A stretch of 64,000 bases of DNA from an uncultured Myxococcales bacterium (GTDB lineage Bacteria; Myxococcota_A; UBA9042; DTJE01): assembly GCA_903847405.1 (NCBI GenBank), contig CAINDP010000142.1, positions 389 through 64,388 of the forward strand, in the 5' to 3' direction. Made by a program: the position numbers and the translations under genes. How positions within the stretch are numbered: position 1 is the stretch's first letter; each line of letters starts with the position of its first letter. The notes below the pieces were generated by a model, which made no database searches, had not been told where the DNA came from, and saw nothing but the letters and a program-made list of their open reading frames with translations. Below are positions 51,662 to 64,000 of the stretch, one piece after another.

Positions 51662-53151
51662 GGTCTTCCTACGACGTGGTCATCGTCGGGACGGACCTCC
51701 CGGCCCTGGTGTTCGGGGCGCTGGCGGCCAAGAAGGGCTACCGCGTCCTGGTCCTGGGCCACGGCGGCAAGGACAACATCTACGACTTCGAAGGGTTCCA
51801 CTTCGTCCGGCGCCCCCACCTGCTGTTCGGTTTCGCCGAATCGAACCCCATCCGGGAAGTGTTCCGCGAACTGGCCCTGGCGCCCGAGATGCGCAACCTG
51901 CCGCGCCCGATGGCGCCGACGGCCAACGTGGTGCTCCCCGATGCCCGCGTCGAAGTGACGCACATGAAGGGGATCCTGGAGGAGGAAATCCAGCGGGAAT
52001 TCCCCGGCCGCATCGAGGCGTTCCGGGAATTCGTCCGGCGCATCGGCGACGTGGAAAAGGCCCTGGAGCCGATCCTTCGCGACACGCCGATCCTGCCCCC
52101 CGGGAACATCCGCGAATACCTGGCCTTCCGTCGGTACCGCAAGGGCCTCGACGGACTGCTGGGCGACGACGCGACCGACGCCCTGGCGCCCCTGGGGGAC
52201 GATCCGCGGATGCGGGCCTTCTTCGCCGCGCCGCTGGCCCTGATGTCCGGCCTGACCGAACCGTGGCGCCACCCCCTGCCCTTCGTCCGCCTGTCGAACC
52301 ACCTGCTGCGCAGCCTGCACTACGTCGAGTGGGGCGTGGACGCGCTGAAGAACCTGTTCCTGGACCGCATCCGCAACAACTCGGGCGACGTGCGATCCAC
52401 CGATTCGGTGGACATGCTGGTCGTCCGTCGGGGCCGCGTCCGGGAAGTCGAAATCCGGGCCCGCGAGGAGGCCATCGGCGTCGGGATGCTGGTCATCGGC
52501 ACCGACCTGGGGCCGGTCCTGGACCTCGTGCCGGTCGGCTCGGCCAAGCGCCGGTACCGCGCCCGGGTCGAAAAGATCCAGCCGTCCCACCTGCTGGTCA
52601 CCGTGAACGTCGGCGCCCGGCGGGCGGTCCTGCCCGAGGGCATGGCCCAGACCGTGTTCGTGATCGGCGACCCGAACAAGCCCCTCGAGGGCAGCAACCT
52701 CCTGGTGGTCCAGAGCGATCCGGCCATGCCGCCGTCCGACTCCCTGGACCCGGAACGGACGACGATCGCCGTGTGCGGCCTGCTACCGGCGGTGCGCTTC
52801 GACGGCAAGCCCGCCACGCTGGCGGCCTTCGGCAGGGAACTGCTGTCGGGCCTCAAGCAGTTGCTGCCCTTCCTGGACCAGCACCTGATCGCGACCTCCG
52901 TGTCGTCGGTCGCCATCCATCCGAAGTCGGGCGATCCGATCATCGATCCCACCGGCCTGGTGCCGGTCTACCCCGACGTCCTGCCCCGCAGCCTGGACCT
53001 TGCGACCTGGCCCGTCCGGACGGCGTACGGCAACGTACTGCACCTGGGCGACGGCACGGCCGGTCCGCTGGGGTTCGAAGGCGCCTTCATGTCGGCCTTC
53101 CAGGCCTTCTCCATCCTCAAGAAGAAGATCCCGCTGAAAAGCGGCGTCTGA
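51655..53151 (+). CDS. NAD(P)/FAD-binding Rossmann-fold oxidoreductase-like protein (phytoene-desaturase/amine-oxidase superfamily-like, atypical dinucleotide motif)
   Basis: N-terminal YDVVIVGTDLPALVFGALAAKKGYRVLVLG beta-alpha-beta. ATG overlaps the purN stop (ATGCTGA). Confidence 0.5.
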   Translation: MLRSSYDVVIVGTDLPALVFGALAAKKGYRVLVLGHGGKDNIYDFEGFHFVRRPHLLFGFAESNPIREVFRELALAPEMRNLPRPMAPTANVVLPDARVEVTHMKGILEEEIQREFPGRIEAFREFVRRIGDVEKALEPILRDTPILPPGNIREYLAFRRYRKGLDGLLGDDATDALAPLGDDPRMRAFFAAPLALMSGLTEPWRHPLPFVRLSNHLLRSLHYVEWGVDALKNLFLDRIRNNSGDVRSTDSVDMLVVRRGRVREVEIRAREEAIGVGMLVIGTDLGPVLDLVPVGSAKRRYRARVEKIQPSHLLVTVNVGARRAVLPEGMAQTVFVIGDPNKPLEGSNLLVVQSDPAMPPSDSLDPERTTIAVCGLLPAVRFDGKPATLAAFGRELLSGLKQLLPFLDQHLIATSVSSVAIHPKSGDPIIDPTGLVPVYPDVLPRSLDLATWPVRTAYGNVLHLGDGTAGPLGFEGAFMSAFQAFSILKKKIPLKSGV

Positions 53152-53170
53152 CGACCCAAGGGGGGTTGTG

Positions 53171-54625
53171 ATGCGGGGGACCCGGCTCCTCGCCCTGCTG
53201 ACCATCACCCTGGCGGCCGCGCTGCACCCCTCCGTCGTCGCAGCCGCGATTCCGCCCGCCCCGGCGGACGACGTCACCGTCAGCACCTCCGCGCGAACGA
53301 TCGATGCGGCCCCGGGCGCCCTGGACCTGGCGAAGGTGCTGGACCTCGCGATGCGGCAATCCGCCCTGATCGAGGCGGCCATGGCCGGCACCGAGGTGTT
53401 CGAGGCGAAGGTCGCCCAGGCCGAATCGTTCCAGTATCCGCGCGTCAAGCTGGATTCGATGCTGGGTCCCACCCCGGCCAAGCGGGGCACTCCGGAAGAT
53501 GGCTGGACGGACATGTCCGACTGGGGCGTCCTGGCTTCCGTCGAACTGACGGGCTACGTGCCCCTGTACGGTTTCAGCAAGATCCAGCACCTGAAGAAGG
53601 CAGCGCGCCTGGGCGTCGAGGTCGGGAAGGCCCTGGAGGACATCGCCCGGGCCGAGGTTCGCTTCCGCGTGATGAAGGGATACTTCGACCTCGCCCTGGC
53701 CCGGGAACTGCAATCGGTGATGGAGGAAGGCCGGGGCTACTTCGACAAGGCCAAGCGCCATGTCGAAAAGACGAAGGCCGAGGACGACCCGTCATTCGAT
53801 CCGATCGACGAGATGAAGATCCGCGTGTACGACGCCCAGGTGCAGGGGCGGGAACTGGAATCGATCCGCCAGCGCGCCCAGGCCCTGGGCGGCCTGCGGC
53901 AGGCATTCGGCGAGGATCCCCAGACCGGTCCGGACGTGCTGACGCCGGTCCTCGAGGCCCTCACGCCCCTGCGCGAGGTCACCCTGGACCAGGCCATCGC
54001 CGCGGCGGTCCAGGACCGGACGGACCTCGTGGCGTTGCGGCTGGGCGTGAAGGCCCGGAGCGCCGAGGCCCGGGCCCGGTACTGGATGATGTACCCGGAC
54101 TTCGTCCTGGCCGGCCAGTTCAGCTTCCACTACTCGAACGTCGCGGACGCCCAGCACAGCCCCTTCGCCAGCAATCCCTACAACGGGTGGAGCGCGGGCG
54201 GCGGCCTGGCCCTGCGGTGGGACATGGACCTGGCCCGGAAGCTGGGCGAACTGCGGGAGACCCGGGCGAACCGCGACAAACTGTCGGCGGACCTCGCGGA
54301 TGCCGAGCGCGGCGTGCGCCTGGAAGTCGAAAAGCTGTTCCTGGAAATGCGCGACATGAAGACGATGGTGGACGCCCAGACGGACGCCCTGAAGGCGGCC
54401 CGGGGCTGGGTCGTTTCCAAGCTGGACCTCTACGAAAACGACCTGGCGAGCCTGCGGGACGTTCTGGACGGCCTGCTGCAGTTCTTCCAGTGCCGACTGG
54501 ACCTGCTGAAGGCAATTCACGATTATAATGTTGCGGTTGCGGCACTGGAGCGCGCCGCCGGCCTCGACCTGGTTCCCGTGGCCGCAGCGGCTGCCGGGAC
54601 TGCGCCGGGCGTGGGCCGCGAATAG
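53171..54625 (+). CDS. tolC: TolC-family outer membrane efflux protein
   Basis: Signal peptide and two OEP repeats. ATG at 53171 after GGGGG. Confidence 0.8.
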   Translation: MRGTRLLALLTITLAAALHPSVVAAAIPPAPADDVTVSTSARTIDAAPGALDLAKVLDLAMRQSALIEAAMAGTEVFEAKVAQAESFQYPRVKLDSMLGPTPAKRGTPEDGWTDMSDWGVLASVELTGYVPLYGFSKIQHLKKAARLGVEVGKALEDIARAEVRFRVMKGYFDLALARELQSVMEEGRGYFDKAKRHVEKTKAEDDPSFDPIDEMKIRVYDAQVQGRELESIRQRAQALGGLRQAFGEDPQTGPDVLTPVLEALTPLREVTLDQAIAAAVQDRTDLVALRLGVKARSAEARARYWMMYPDFVLAGQFSFHYSNVADAQHSPFASNPYNGWSAGGGLALRWDMDLARKLGELRETRANRDKLSADLADAERGVRLEVEKLFLEMRDMKTMVDAQTDALKAARGWVVSKLDLYENDLASLRDVLDGLLQFFQCRLDLLKAIHDYNVAVAALERAAGLDLVPVAAAAAGTAPGVGRE

Positions 54626-54695
54626 GCCGGCCCACCCGCCGTCGAAGTCCCGCGAACCCCCGGGCAGCGGCCCGGGCTACAGCAAGGAGATCACG

Positions 54696-55301
54696 ATGCA
54701 CGTGCGGCCGATGAAGGCGTTCCTGGCAACCCTGGCAGTCCTGATCGGCGTTCCCTGGAGCGCGGCGGCGGCCAACCCCGGCGACCCCCTGGACTTCGTG
54801 AAGGCCCGGTACAACGAGCTGCAGGAAGTCGTGAAGAAGTTCCCGGAAAAGGCCCCGATGCAGAAGGGCATCCGCGACGTCATGGAGACGTTCGTGGACT
54901 ACCCGGAACTGTCGCGGCGGACCCTGGTGGATCAGTGGGACAAGCTGAAGAAGAAGGATCAGGCCGAGTTCGTCGCCGAGTTCAAGAAGATGATCCAGCG
55001 GTCCTACGTCAAGCGCTTCGACCCGGGAACGGTGTTCACGATCGACTACGCCGGCGACAAGCGGACGGATGCCGAAGGGGCGGTGACCGTGCCGTCGACC
55101 ATCCGCTCGGGGCGATCCGAGGCCAAGGTCGAGTACGTCCTGCGCACCCTGGCGGGAAAATGGCTGGCCTTCGACGTCGTGATCGACGACGTCAGCATGG
55201 TCCGCAACTATCGCAAGCAGTTCCACGACATCATGGTCAAGGAAGGCTTCCCGGGCCTGATGGCGCGCCTGCGGAAGAAGAACGCCGCCGCCCAGGAATG
55301 A
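54696..55301 (+). CDS. mlaC: MlaC/Ttg2D family lipid-binding periplasmic protein
   Basis: AAGGAGA RBS. Signal peptide. ...FVDYPELSRRTLVDQWDKL... toluene-tolerance Ttg2D family. Confidence 0.8.
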   Translation: MHVRPMKAFLATLAVLIGVPWSAAAANPGDPLDFVKARYNELQEVVKKFPEKAPMQKGIRDVMETFVDYPELSRRTLVDQWDKLKKKDQAEFVAEFKKMIQRSYVKRFDPGTVFTIDYAGDKRTDAEGAVTVPSTIRSGRSEAKVEYVLRTLAGKWLAFDVVIDDVSMVRNYRKQFHDIMVKEGFPGLMARLRKKNAAAQE

Positions 55302-55325
55302 CCCTGCCACCAGAGGATCAACCGG

Positions 55326-57089
55326 GTGCGCAGACTCGCAATCGCCGCCGTGCTGGTCGCCACCGTGGGGCTCGTGTTCGGCCCCGTGGTGGGATACGGC
55401 TTCGTCAACTGGGATGACGACCTCTACATCACCGAAAACCCCGCCGTGGATCCCGCGCAGCAGCCCGATTCCGGCCTGCTGCTGACGCGGTCGCTGAACT
55501 ACCCGGTGCCGGTCCCGATCGTCGCGTACCGGTGGGTGGCGTCCGTCGCGGGCTTCGATCCCGGGGCGTTCCACCTGTTGAACCTGGTGCTGCACGGCAT
55601 CAACGTGCTGCTGGTCTTCCTGTTCCTGTCGCGGTACCTGTCCGTCGGCCGCGCCGCCGTGGGCGCACTGCTGTTCGCCGTCCACCCGATCCAGGCCGAG
55701 GCCGTCGCGTGGTGCACCAGCACGAAGGACCTCCTGGCCGCCGGGTTCACGCTGGCTTCGCTGACCGCCAACGATCGGGCGCTGCGCGGCAAGGGCCCCC
55801 CGGGCCGGTGGCTGCTGCTGGTCGTGCTGACGGGCGCCCTGGCCATCCTGTCCAAGCCCTCGGCCTGCGTCCTTCCGGCGGCCCTGGCGGTCCAGGCGGC
55901 GCTCCTGGGCTCCCGGGGCACCCGTGTTCCTCCCGAGCGCGCAGGCGCAGGCGATGGGTTTCCGCAGGAAACTCTCGCCGCAGCCGAAGCCGACTCGGGA
56001 TACTCCAAATGGCACCCGCGGAATCTGCTGGCCTATGGCGCCCTGGTCGGAACCGCGGCGTTCGTGGCCGTGATGGCGGTCGCCTGGTCGGTGTCGTCCG
56101 CCGCGATCCACACGTCCCACTTCTTCACGGCGTCGTACTTCAGCGGCGTGCTCCAGGCCGTCGCGCTGCAGGCCCGTCATTTTTTGGTGCCGCTGGATCT
56201 GCAGCCGTTCTACGTGCGGTGGGTGGGCCTGCCCGCGTTCGACGTGCTGCACGTGACGGGCGTCCTGGTGATCGCCGGCCTGCTGGTCCTGGCGGTCGTC
56301 CGGTTCCGGAACCCCGACCCGCGGCCCCGGCTGTTCCTGGCGCTGTTCGCGCTGTTCTACCTGCCGGTGTCGGGCGTGGTCCCCATCCAGCGTTTCATCG
56401 CCGACAGCTACATGTACCTGCCCCTGGTGCCCCTGATCGCCCTGGCCTGCGTCCTGGTTCCCGAACGCTGGCTGCAAGGGACGGCCCGCCGGACGACCGT
56501 GGTTGCCGCGGTGGTGGTCCTGGCCGTGCTGCTGGCGTTCCAGGCCGCCCACCAGCGATCTCTGTGGGAATCCAGCCGCACCCTGTGGACCCCGGCCCTG
56601 GAAGCGAATCCGACCTCCCACGTGGTGTTCCGGCATTACGCGCAGGCCTGGTCCGGACCCTCGGGCATCGAGCGGCCCGTGGCCGTGACGCCCGAACTGG
56701 TCGAAACGACGATCCGCGAAGGCGCGATGGACAGCATCATGGTGGGCTGGTTCGCCCAACTGCTGCCGGCGGACCGGGCCCTGGCGCTGTTCCTGCGCCA
56801 GGTTGCCGCGGGCCCCGTCGACCTGGACCTCCACCGGAACTTCGTCACGTTCGTCGCGCTGCGGCGCCCGTCCCTGGACGCCACGGGCCTCGACCTGCTG
56901 GGCGTGGCGGCCACGGCCCTGGCCGACGATGGATTGCGGAAGGGCGACGTCGGGATGCTGCCGGCCCTCGCGCGGCTGCTGGCGACCCATGGCCTGGGCA
57001 GCGTCGCCCTGCCCTGGCTGGAGGATGCCGGCCGACGCACCGGCGACCCGCAGTTCGACAACCTCGCCCGATCCCTCCGGGACCCGTGA
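55326..57089 (+). CDS. TMTC/PMT-like polytopic membrane protein with C-terminal TPR-like domain (putative protein O-mannosyl/glycosyltransferase-like); carries repeat copy B in-frame
   Basis: GTG start after GAGGA. N-terminal GFVNWDDDLYITENP motif of the DUF1736/PMT_2-like family. ~10 TM helices. A 23-aa insert (PERAGAGDGFPQETLAAAEADSG) in a loop at codons 203-225 is encoded by the palindromic element. Confidence 0.7.
   Translation: MRRLAIAAVLVATVGLVFGPVVGYGFVNWDDDLYITENPAVDPAQQPDSGLLLTRSLNYPVPVPIVAYRWVASVAGFDPGAFHLLNLVLHGINVLLVFLFLSRYLSVGRAAVGALLFAVHPIQAEAVAWCTSTKDLLAAGFTLASLTANDRALRGKGPPGRWLLLVVLTGALAILSKPSACVLPAALAVQAALLGSRGTRVPPERAGAGDGFPQETLAAAEADSGYSKWHPRNLLAYGALVGTAAFVAVMAVAWSVSSAAIHTSHFFTASYFSGVLQAVALQARHFLVPLDLQPFYVRWVGLPAFDVLHVTGVLVIAGLLVLAVVRFRNPDPRPRLFLALFALFYLPVSGVVPIQRFIADSYMYLPLVPLIALACVLVPERWLQGTARRTTVVAAVVVLAVLLAFQAAHQRSLWESSRTLWTPALEANPTSHVVFRHYAQAWSGPSGIERPVAVTPELVETTIREGAMDSIMVGWFAQLLPADRALALFLRQVAAGPVDLDLHRNFVTFVALRRPSLDATGLDLLGVAATALADDGLRKGDVGMLPALARLLATHGLGSVALPWLEDAGRRTGDPQFDNLARSLRDP
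55932..55999 (+). repeat. full-length copy (B, 68 bp) of the palindromic repeat family, inserted in-frame within a CDS
   Basis: cccgagcgcgcaggcgcaggcgatgggtttccgcaggaaactctcgccgcagccgaagccgactcggg. Confidence 0.8.
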
Positions 57090-57100
57090 TATCCTGCCTT

Positions 57101-60911
<3,811 letters not shown>

Positions 60912-60915
<4 letters not shown>

Positions 60916-62597
60916 TAAATCTGCAGCATGTCGCTGCCGGGATAGTAGTGCCGCAGGATGTCCTCGAACGAAATGCCTTCCTGGGCCATGCCGATCGCGC
61001 CGACCTGGCACATGCCGACACCGTGACCGAACCCGGCGCCCGTGAAGGCGAACCCGCGGCCGCGACCGTCCGAGGCCTCGTCCACCACGAACAGGGACGA
61101 CCTCAACCCGCCCAGCGCCTTGCGGATCCGCAGTTCCGGGGACAGCAGCACCGTGGCCTTGTCCCCCTTCACTTCCAGGCGCAGGATGCGCCCCGACACG
61201 CCGCGCTCGACGACCCGCATCCCGCGGACCTCGCCCGGATCGGTGCCGGTCTGCTCCTTGATCCCCGACCGGATGTCATCGGCGGTCACGGCCTTGCGCC
61301 ACCGGAACGATTCCTTCCCGTACTTCGTGCTGCCGCAGTACAGCCCCTTGGGTGGCGTCTGGATGAACGCCTTCACGGCCTCCTCCGACCGTTCGCCGTC
61401 ATAGACCTTCGTCCCGTCCGGCGCGTCCGGCACCCCCTTCAGGTACTCGTGCCCGGACCCCTGCCAGACCGCGCCGCCGCTTTCGGAGTGGCCGCCGCAG
61501 TTGGCAGCGTAGACCGAATCCACCAGCCCGCCACCGGCAAACAGCATGCGGCCCCGGGTGTCTTCCACGGCCTTGCTGGTCCGCGGATCCTCCCGGGTCA
61601 GCCCCTTGTAGACCTGGCAGTGGACGTCGGCGCACACCATGTAGGGATCCGCGGTATGCCGGTTCCCCAGCTTGGCGAACAGTTCGCCCCGGGCGCAGGT
61701 CGCCTGGGCCCGCAGCGCCGCCGGCGGGGCATCCACGTAGATTTCCGACGGAACCAGCCCCTTCAGCAGCGTTTCCGCGTCCACCGCGTTCACGGCCGCC
61801 AGCTTGCCGTTCCGATCCGGCGTCAGGACCAGGCGCCCCCGGTAGGAGCGATCCTCCCGTCCGTGCCAGTTGAACCCCTTCCCGAACTCGACCGACCGGA
61901 CCGTGAACGACCGTCCCTCCGCGGGAGCGATCATCACCATGCCCGGGACCGTCAGCGCCACATCGACGCCCGCGCAGCCGACCCGCACCGTGCCGCGGGG
62001 ACGCTCCACGACCTCCTCGAACACCTCCAGGGTGCCCATGCCGGTCTTGGCCGCCAGTTCGTCCCGGCGCGCCCGGGCGGGATCCGGCGCATCGAACGGT
62101 GCGTCCTCCACCAGGGTCGTCGTGCGATTGTCCAGGACACGCCCGTAGAAGCCGAAGATGCTGCCCCGCTGGAAGGTCCGCACGCCGGACGCCCGGCCCT
62201 CCCACGAGGCCCGCTCGCGACGCAACCCGTCCAGGTCCCGGGACGGCAGGCGCGACAGCCCGACCCAGTAGCGGATCCGCGCCGGGATCCCGTCCTCCAG
62301 GCGCGCCGTGCAGGTCGTCTTGCCCTTCCCGATCCGCGTCGACGGCCCGCCGATGCCCTCGGGCAGGAACTCGAAGGGCCCCTCCGACTCGAACACCACC
62401 TGCGTTTCGCCCTCGACCAGGCCGACCGTCACGATCGGCACGTTGTCCTTGGTGAACAGGAATTTCGTCTGGTACAGCAGGGCCGTCCGGTCACGACGGG
62501 TGAAGTCCTCCCCCTCCTGCTCCTGGGCCAGGGCCGGGGAGGCGACGAGGAGGAATCCCAGGAACGGGAACAGGGCACGCACGATCACCGCCACCAT
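60912..62597 (-). CDS. SpoIID/LytB domain-containing protein (putative peptidoglycan amidase enhancer/lytic transglycosylase family)
   Basis: Signal peptide MVAVIVRALFPFLGFLLVASPALA, then SpoIID-like region (…YAANCGGHSE…YLKGV…). ATG at 62597. Confidence 0.75.
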
Positions 62598-62772
62598 GAT
62601 GCCGTTCCTGCTGAAGGGGATTCGATGAGGTCCCTCACGTCGACGCAATCCTGCCCAACTCCGCGGGAACCGTCAACGGTCTGGATACGGTCTGGAAGGG
62701 GAAAACGGGGAGGCCCGGATACGCGAAGGGCGCCCTAAGGCGCCCCCGCGTGCCGGTGGAAGGAGAGAAGTA

Positions 62773-63348
62773 CTACTCGGTCTCGTTGTCGACGAAGTAG
62801 GCAGACGCGCCGACCTGGCTGCACTCGCCGTACATCGCGTTCGGATCCGGGAAGATGATCCGCTGGAACGTGGACTTGACGGTGTCGCAGTCCAAGTCAG
62901 CGTGGGCGTTCGCCGTGGCGTGCGCCGAGTTCAGGACCTTGCCGTCCGAATTGTACGAGTACACGAAGTAGACCTGGTCCGTGATCTGGAAGGTCAGGGC
63001 CGACCACGTGGCGGTGTTCCACGCAGCGGCGTTCGTGTCGCAACGGCCGTCGCTGTCGCCGTCGAGCGTACCGCAGCAGGTCGTTCCGGGGGTCAGGTCC
63101 TGGCTGGTCGGGAACTGGCAGTAAATGCGCGTGCCGGCAGCGGACACGTGGGGGGCGGTGTAGTAATACGCCGAACCCTTGTAGATCTTGTCCAGTTCGT
63201 CGATCGCTTCCGTCGTCTTGGCGCGGCGCATGTACTTGATGAACGCCGGGACCGCGATGACGGCCAGGATGCCGAGGATGGCCACGACGACCATCAACTC
63301 GACCAGCGTGAAGCCCTTCAGGTTCAGTTTGCGGAACTTGTTCAACAT
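62773..63348 (-). CDS. pilA: type IV pilin (PilA-like major pilin candidate)
   Basis: AAGGAGG RBS. Prepilin leader MLNKFRKLNLKG|FTLVELMVVVAILGILAVIAVPAF (class III signal, Glu+5). 191 aa with 4 Cys in the C-terminal region. Confidence 0.8.
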   Translation of the reverse strand: MLNKFRKLNLKGFTLVELMVVVAILGILAVIAVPAFIKYMRRAKTTEAIDELDKIYKGSAYYYTAPHVSAAGTRIYCQFPTSQDLTPGTTCCGTLDGDSDGRCDTNAAAWNTATWSALTFQITDQVYFVYSYNSDGKVLNSAHATANAHADLDCDTVKSTFQRIIFPDPNAMYGECSQVGASAYFVDNETE

Positions 63349-63434
63349 GGCACCCTCCTTTTGAAACCACCTTGCCAGCAACCCGGCAACCCACCGCCCA
63401 CGGTTCGCCGGGGCGATCTTCGGTCACTATCTAA

Positions 63435-63450
63435 AGCAATTGGCGTGCCA
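63435..63450 (-). promoter_or_regulatory. sigma54 (RpoN) -24/-12 promoter for the pilin gene: TGGCAC-GCCAA-TTGCT
   Basis: Minus-strand reading caggcgTGGCACgccaaTTGCTttag matches the TGGCAC-N5-TTGCW consensus exactly, ~85 nt upstream of the pilin ATG. Confidence 0.6.
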
Positions 63451-63711
63451 CGCCTGTATTTCTGTAGTTACATGCAGTTGCAGGAGCAGACCTCCGACGG
63501 ATCTCCGCAGACTGACGTTTCGCGACAGCCTCAAGTGACATTTTACGTCACCGAGGCCCTTGGGATTCCCCTTCGTCGGGGTGCCGCCCGAGGGGGGCAA
63601 TGGGTCCGCGGAGCACGTGTGACCCGTCCCGCCGCCGGATCCGGACCGTGCCGCCGTTGACCGACGCCGGGCCGGCCGTATATGGTGGATGCGCCCATCG
63701 ACGAGGCCTTC

Positions 63712-64000
63712 ATGGCGCTGCGCGTCGCGGTCCTGACCCTGATTGCCGCGGCGGCCTTCCTGGTCCGGGCGGGCCTGGGCGCCGACCTCGTGGACGGTTC
63801 CCGGGTCCTGCCGTTCCCGGACGACCCGCCCTACCATTGGATGCGCCTGGAACGCCTGCTCCAGGGCCCGATCGCGCCCGACGCCATCGACCCGATGGTG
63901 GCCCACCCCCAGGGGGCCGTCGCGCATTGGCCCTGGGGGTTCGACCACCTCCTGCACCTGATCGCGGACGTGGCCGGCGCGGGGACGGACGGGGAGGCGG
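63712..64000 (+). CDS. hypothetical membrane protein, N-terminal fragment (continues beyond the window); possible GT-C family member
   Basis: ATG after GAGG. MALRVAVLTLIAAAAFLVRAGLG... TM helix then PFPDDPPYHWMRL motif. The frame is open to the end of the window. Confidence 0.4.
   Translation, partial: MALRVAVLTLIAAAAFLVRAGLGADLVDGSRVLPFPDDPPYHWMRLERLLQGPIAPDAIDPMVAHPQGAVAHWPWGFDHLLHLIADVAGAGTDGEA

Overview
High-GC (~70%) chromosomal window, most likely from a Myxococcota genome. The evidence is a MYXO-CTERM-like tail on a TIGR02232-type Cys-rich repeat protein, the pilB-pilT-pilC-pilS gene order, and a sigma54-promoted PilA-like pilin. Housekeeping content: a type IV pilus motor locus (pilB/pilT/pilC plus a 6-TM PilS-like kinase) at 3.4-9.4 kb; pyruvate:ferredoxin oxidoreductase with its DHOD-like partner; maf-yggS; a nusA-ylxR-infB-DUF503-rbfA-truB operon with no rimP; der; prfB with the canonical programmed +1 frameshift; groES-groEL; purM-purN; tolC-mlaC; ligA; a SpoIID/LytB protein; and a distal PilA-like pilin. 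Accessory content includes several TPR/GT-C-like polytopic membrane proteins, a VIT-vWA protein, an Omp85-like beta-barrel and a CPBP protease. The most notable observations are four. First, an ~70-bp imperfect-palindromic repeat family (5 copies, full and internally deleted) that sits in-frame inside or at the ends of coding sequences (RPE-like behaviour) and also in the pilB leader. Second, an FHA-domain cluster (18-23.4 kb) whose central member is an FHA domain fused to a CpaF/TadA-like secretion-ATPase fold with destroyed Walker A, Walker B and His-box motifs. Third, a beta-CASP/MBL-like protein lacking the HxHxDH motif, coupled by a GTGA overlap to pilS where pilR would be expected. Fourth, an MBL-fold gene broken by a +1 insertion in a C6 homopolymer. 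Many long ORFs in the six-frame track are antisense or alternate-frame artefacts of high GC and were not annotated. Coordinates of small non-coding features may be off by 1-2 nt.
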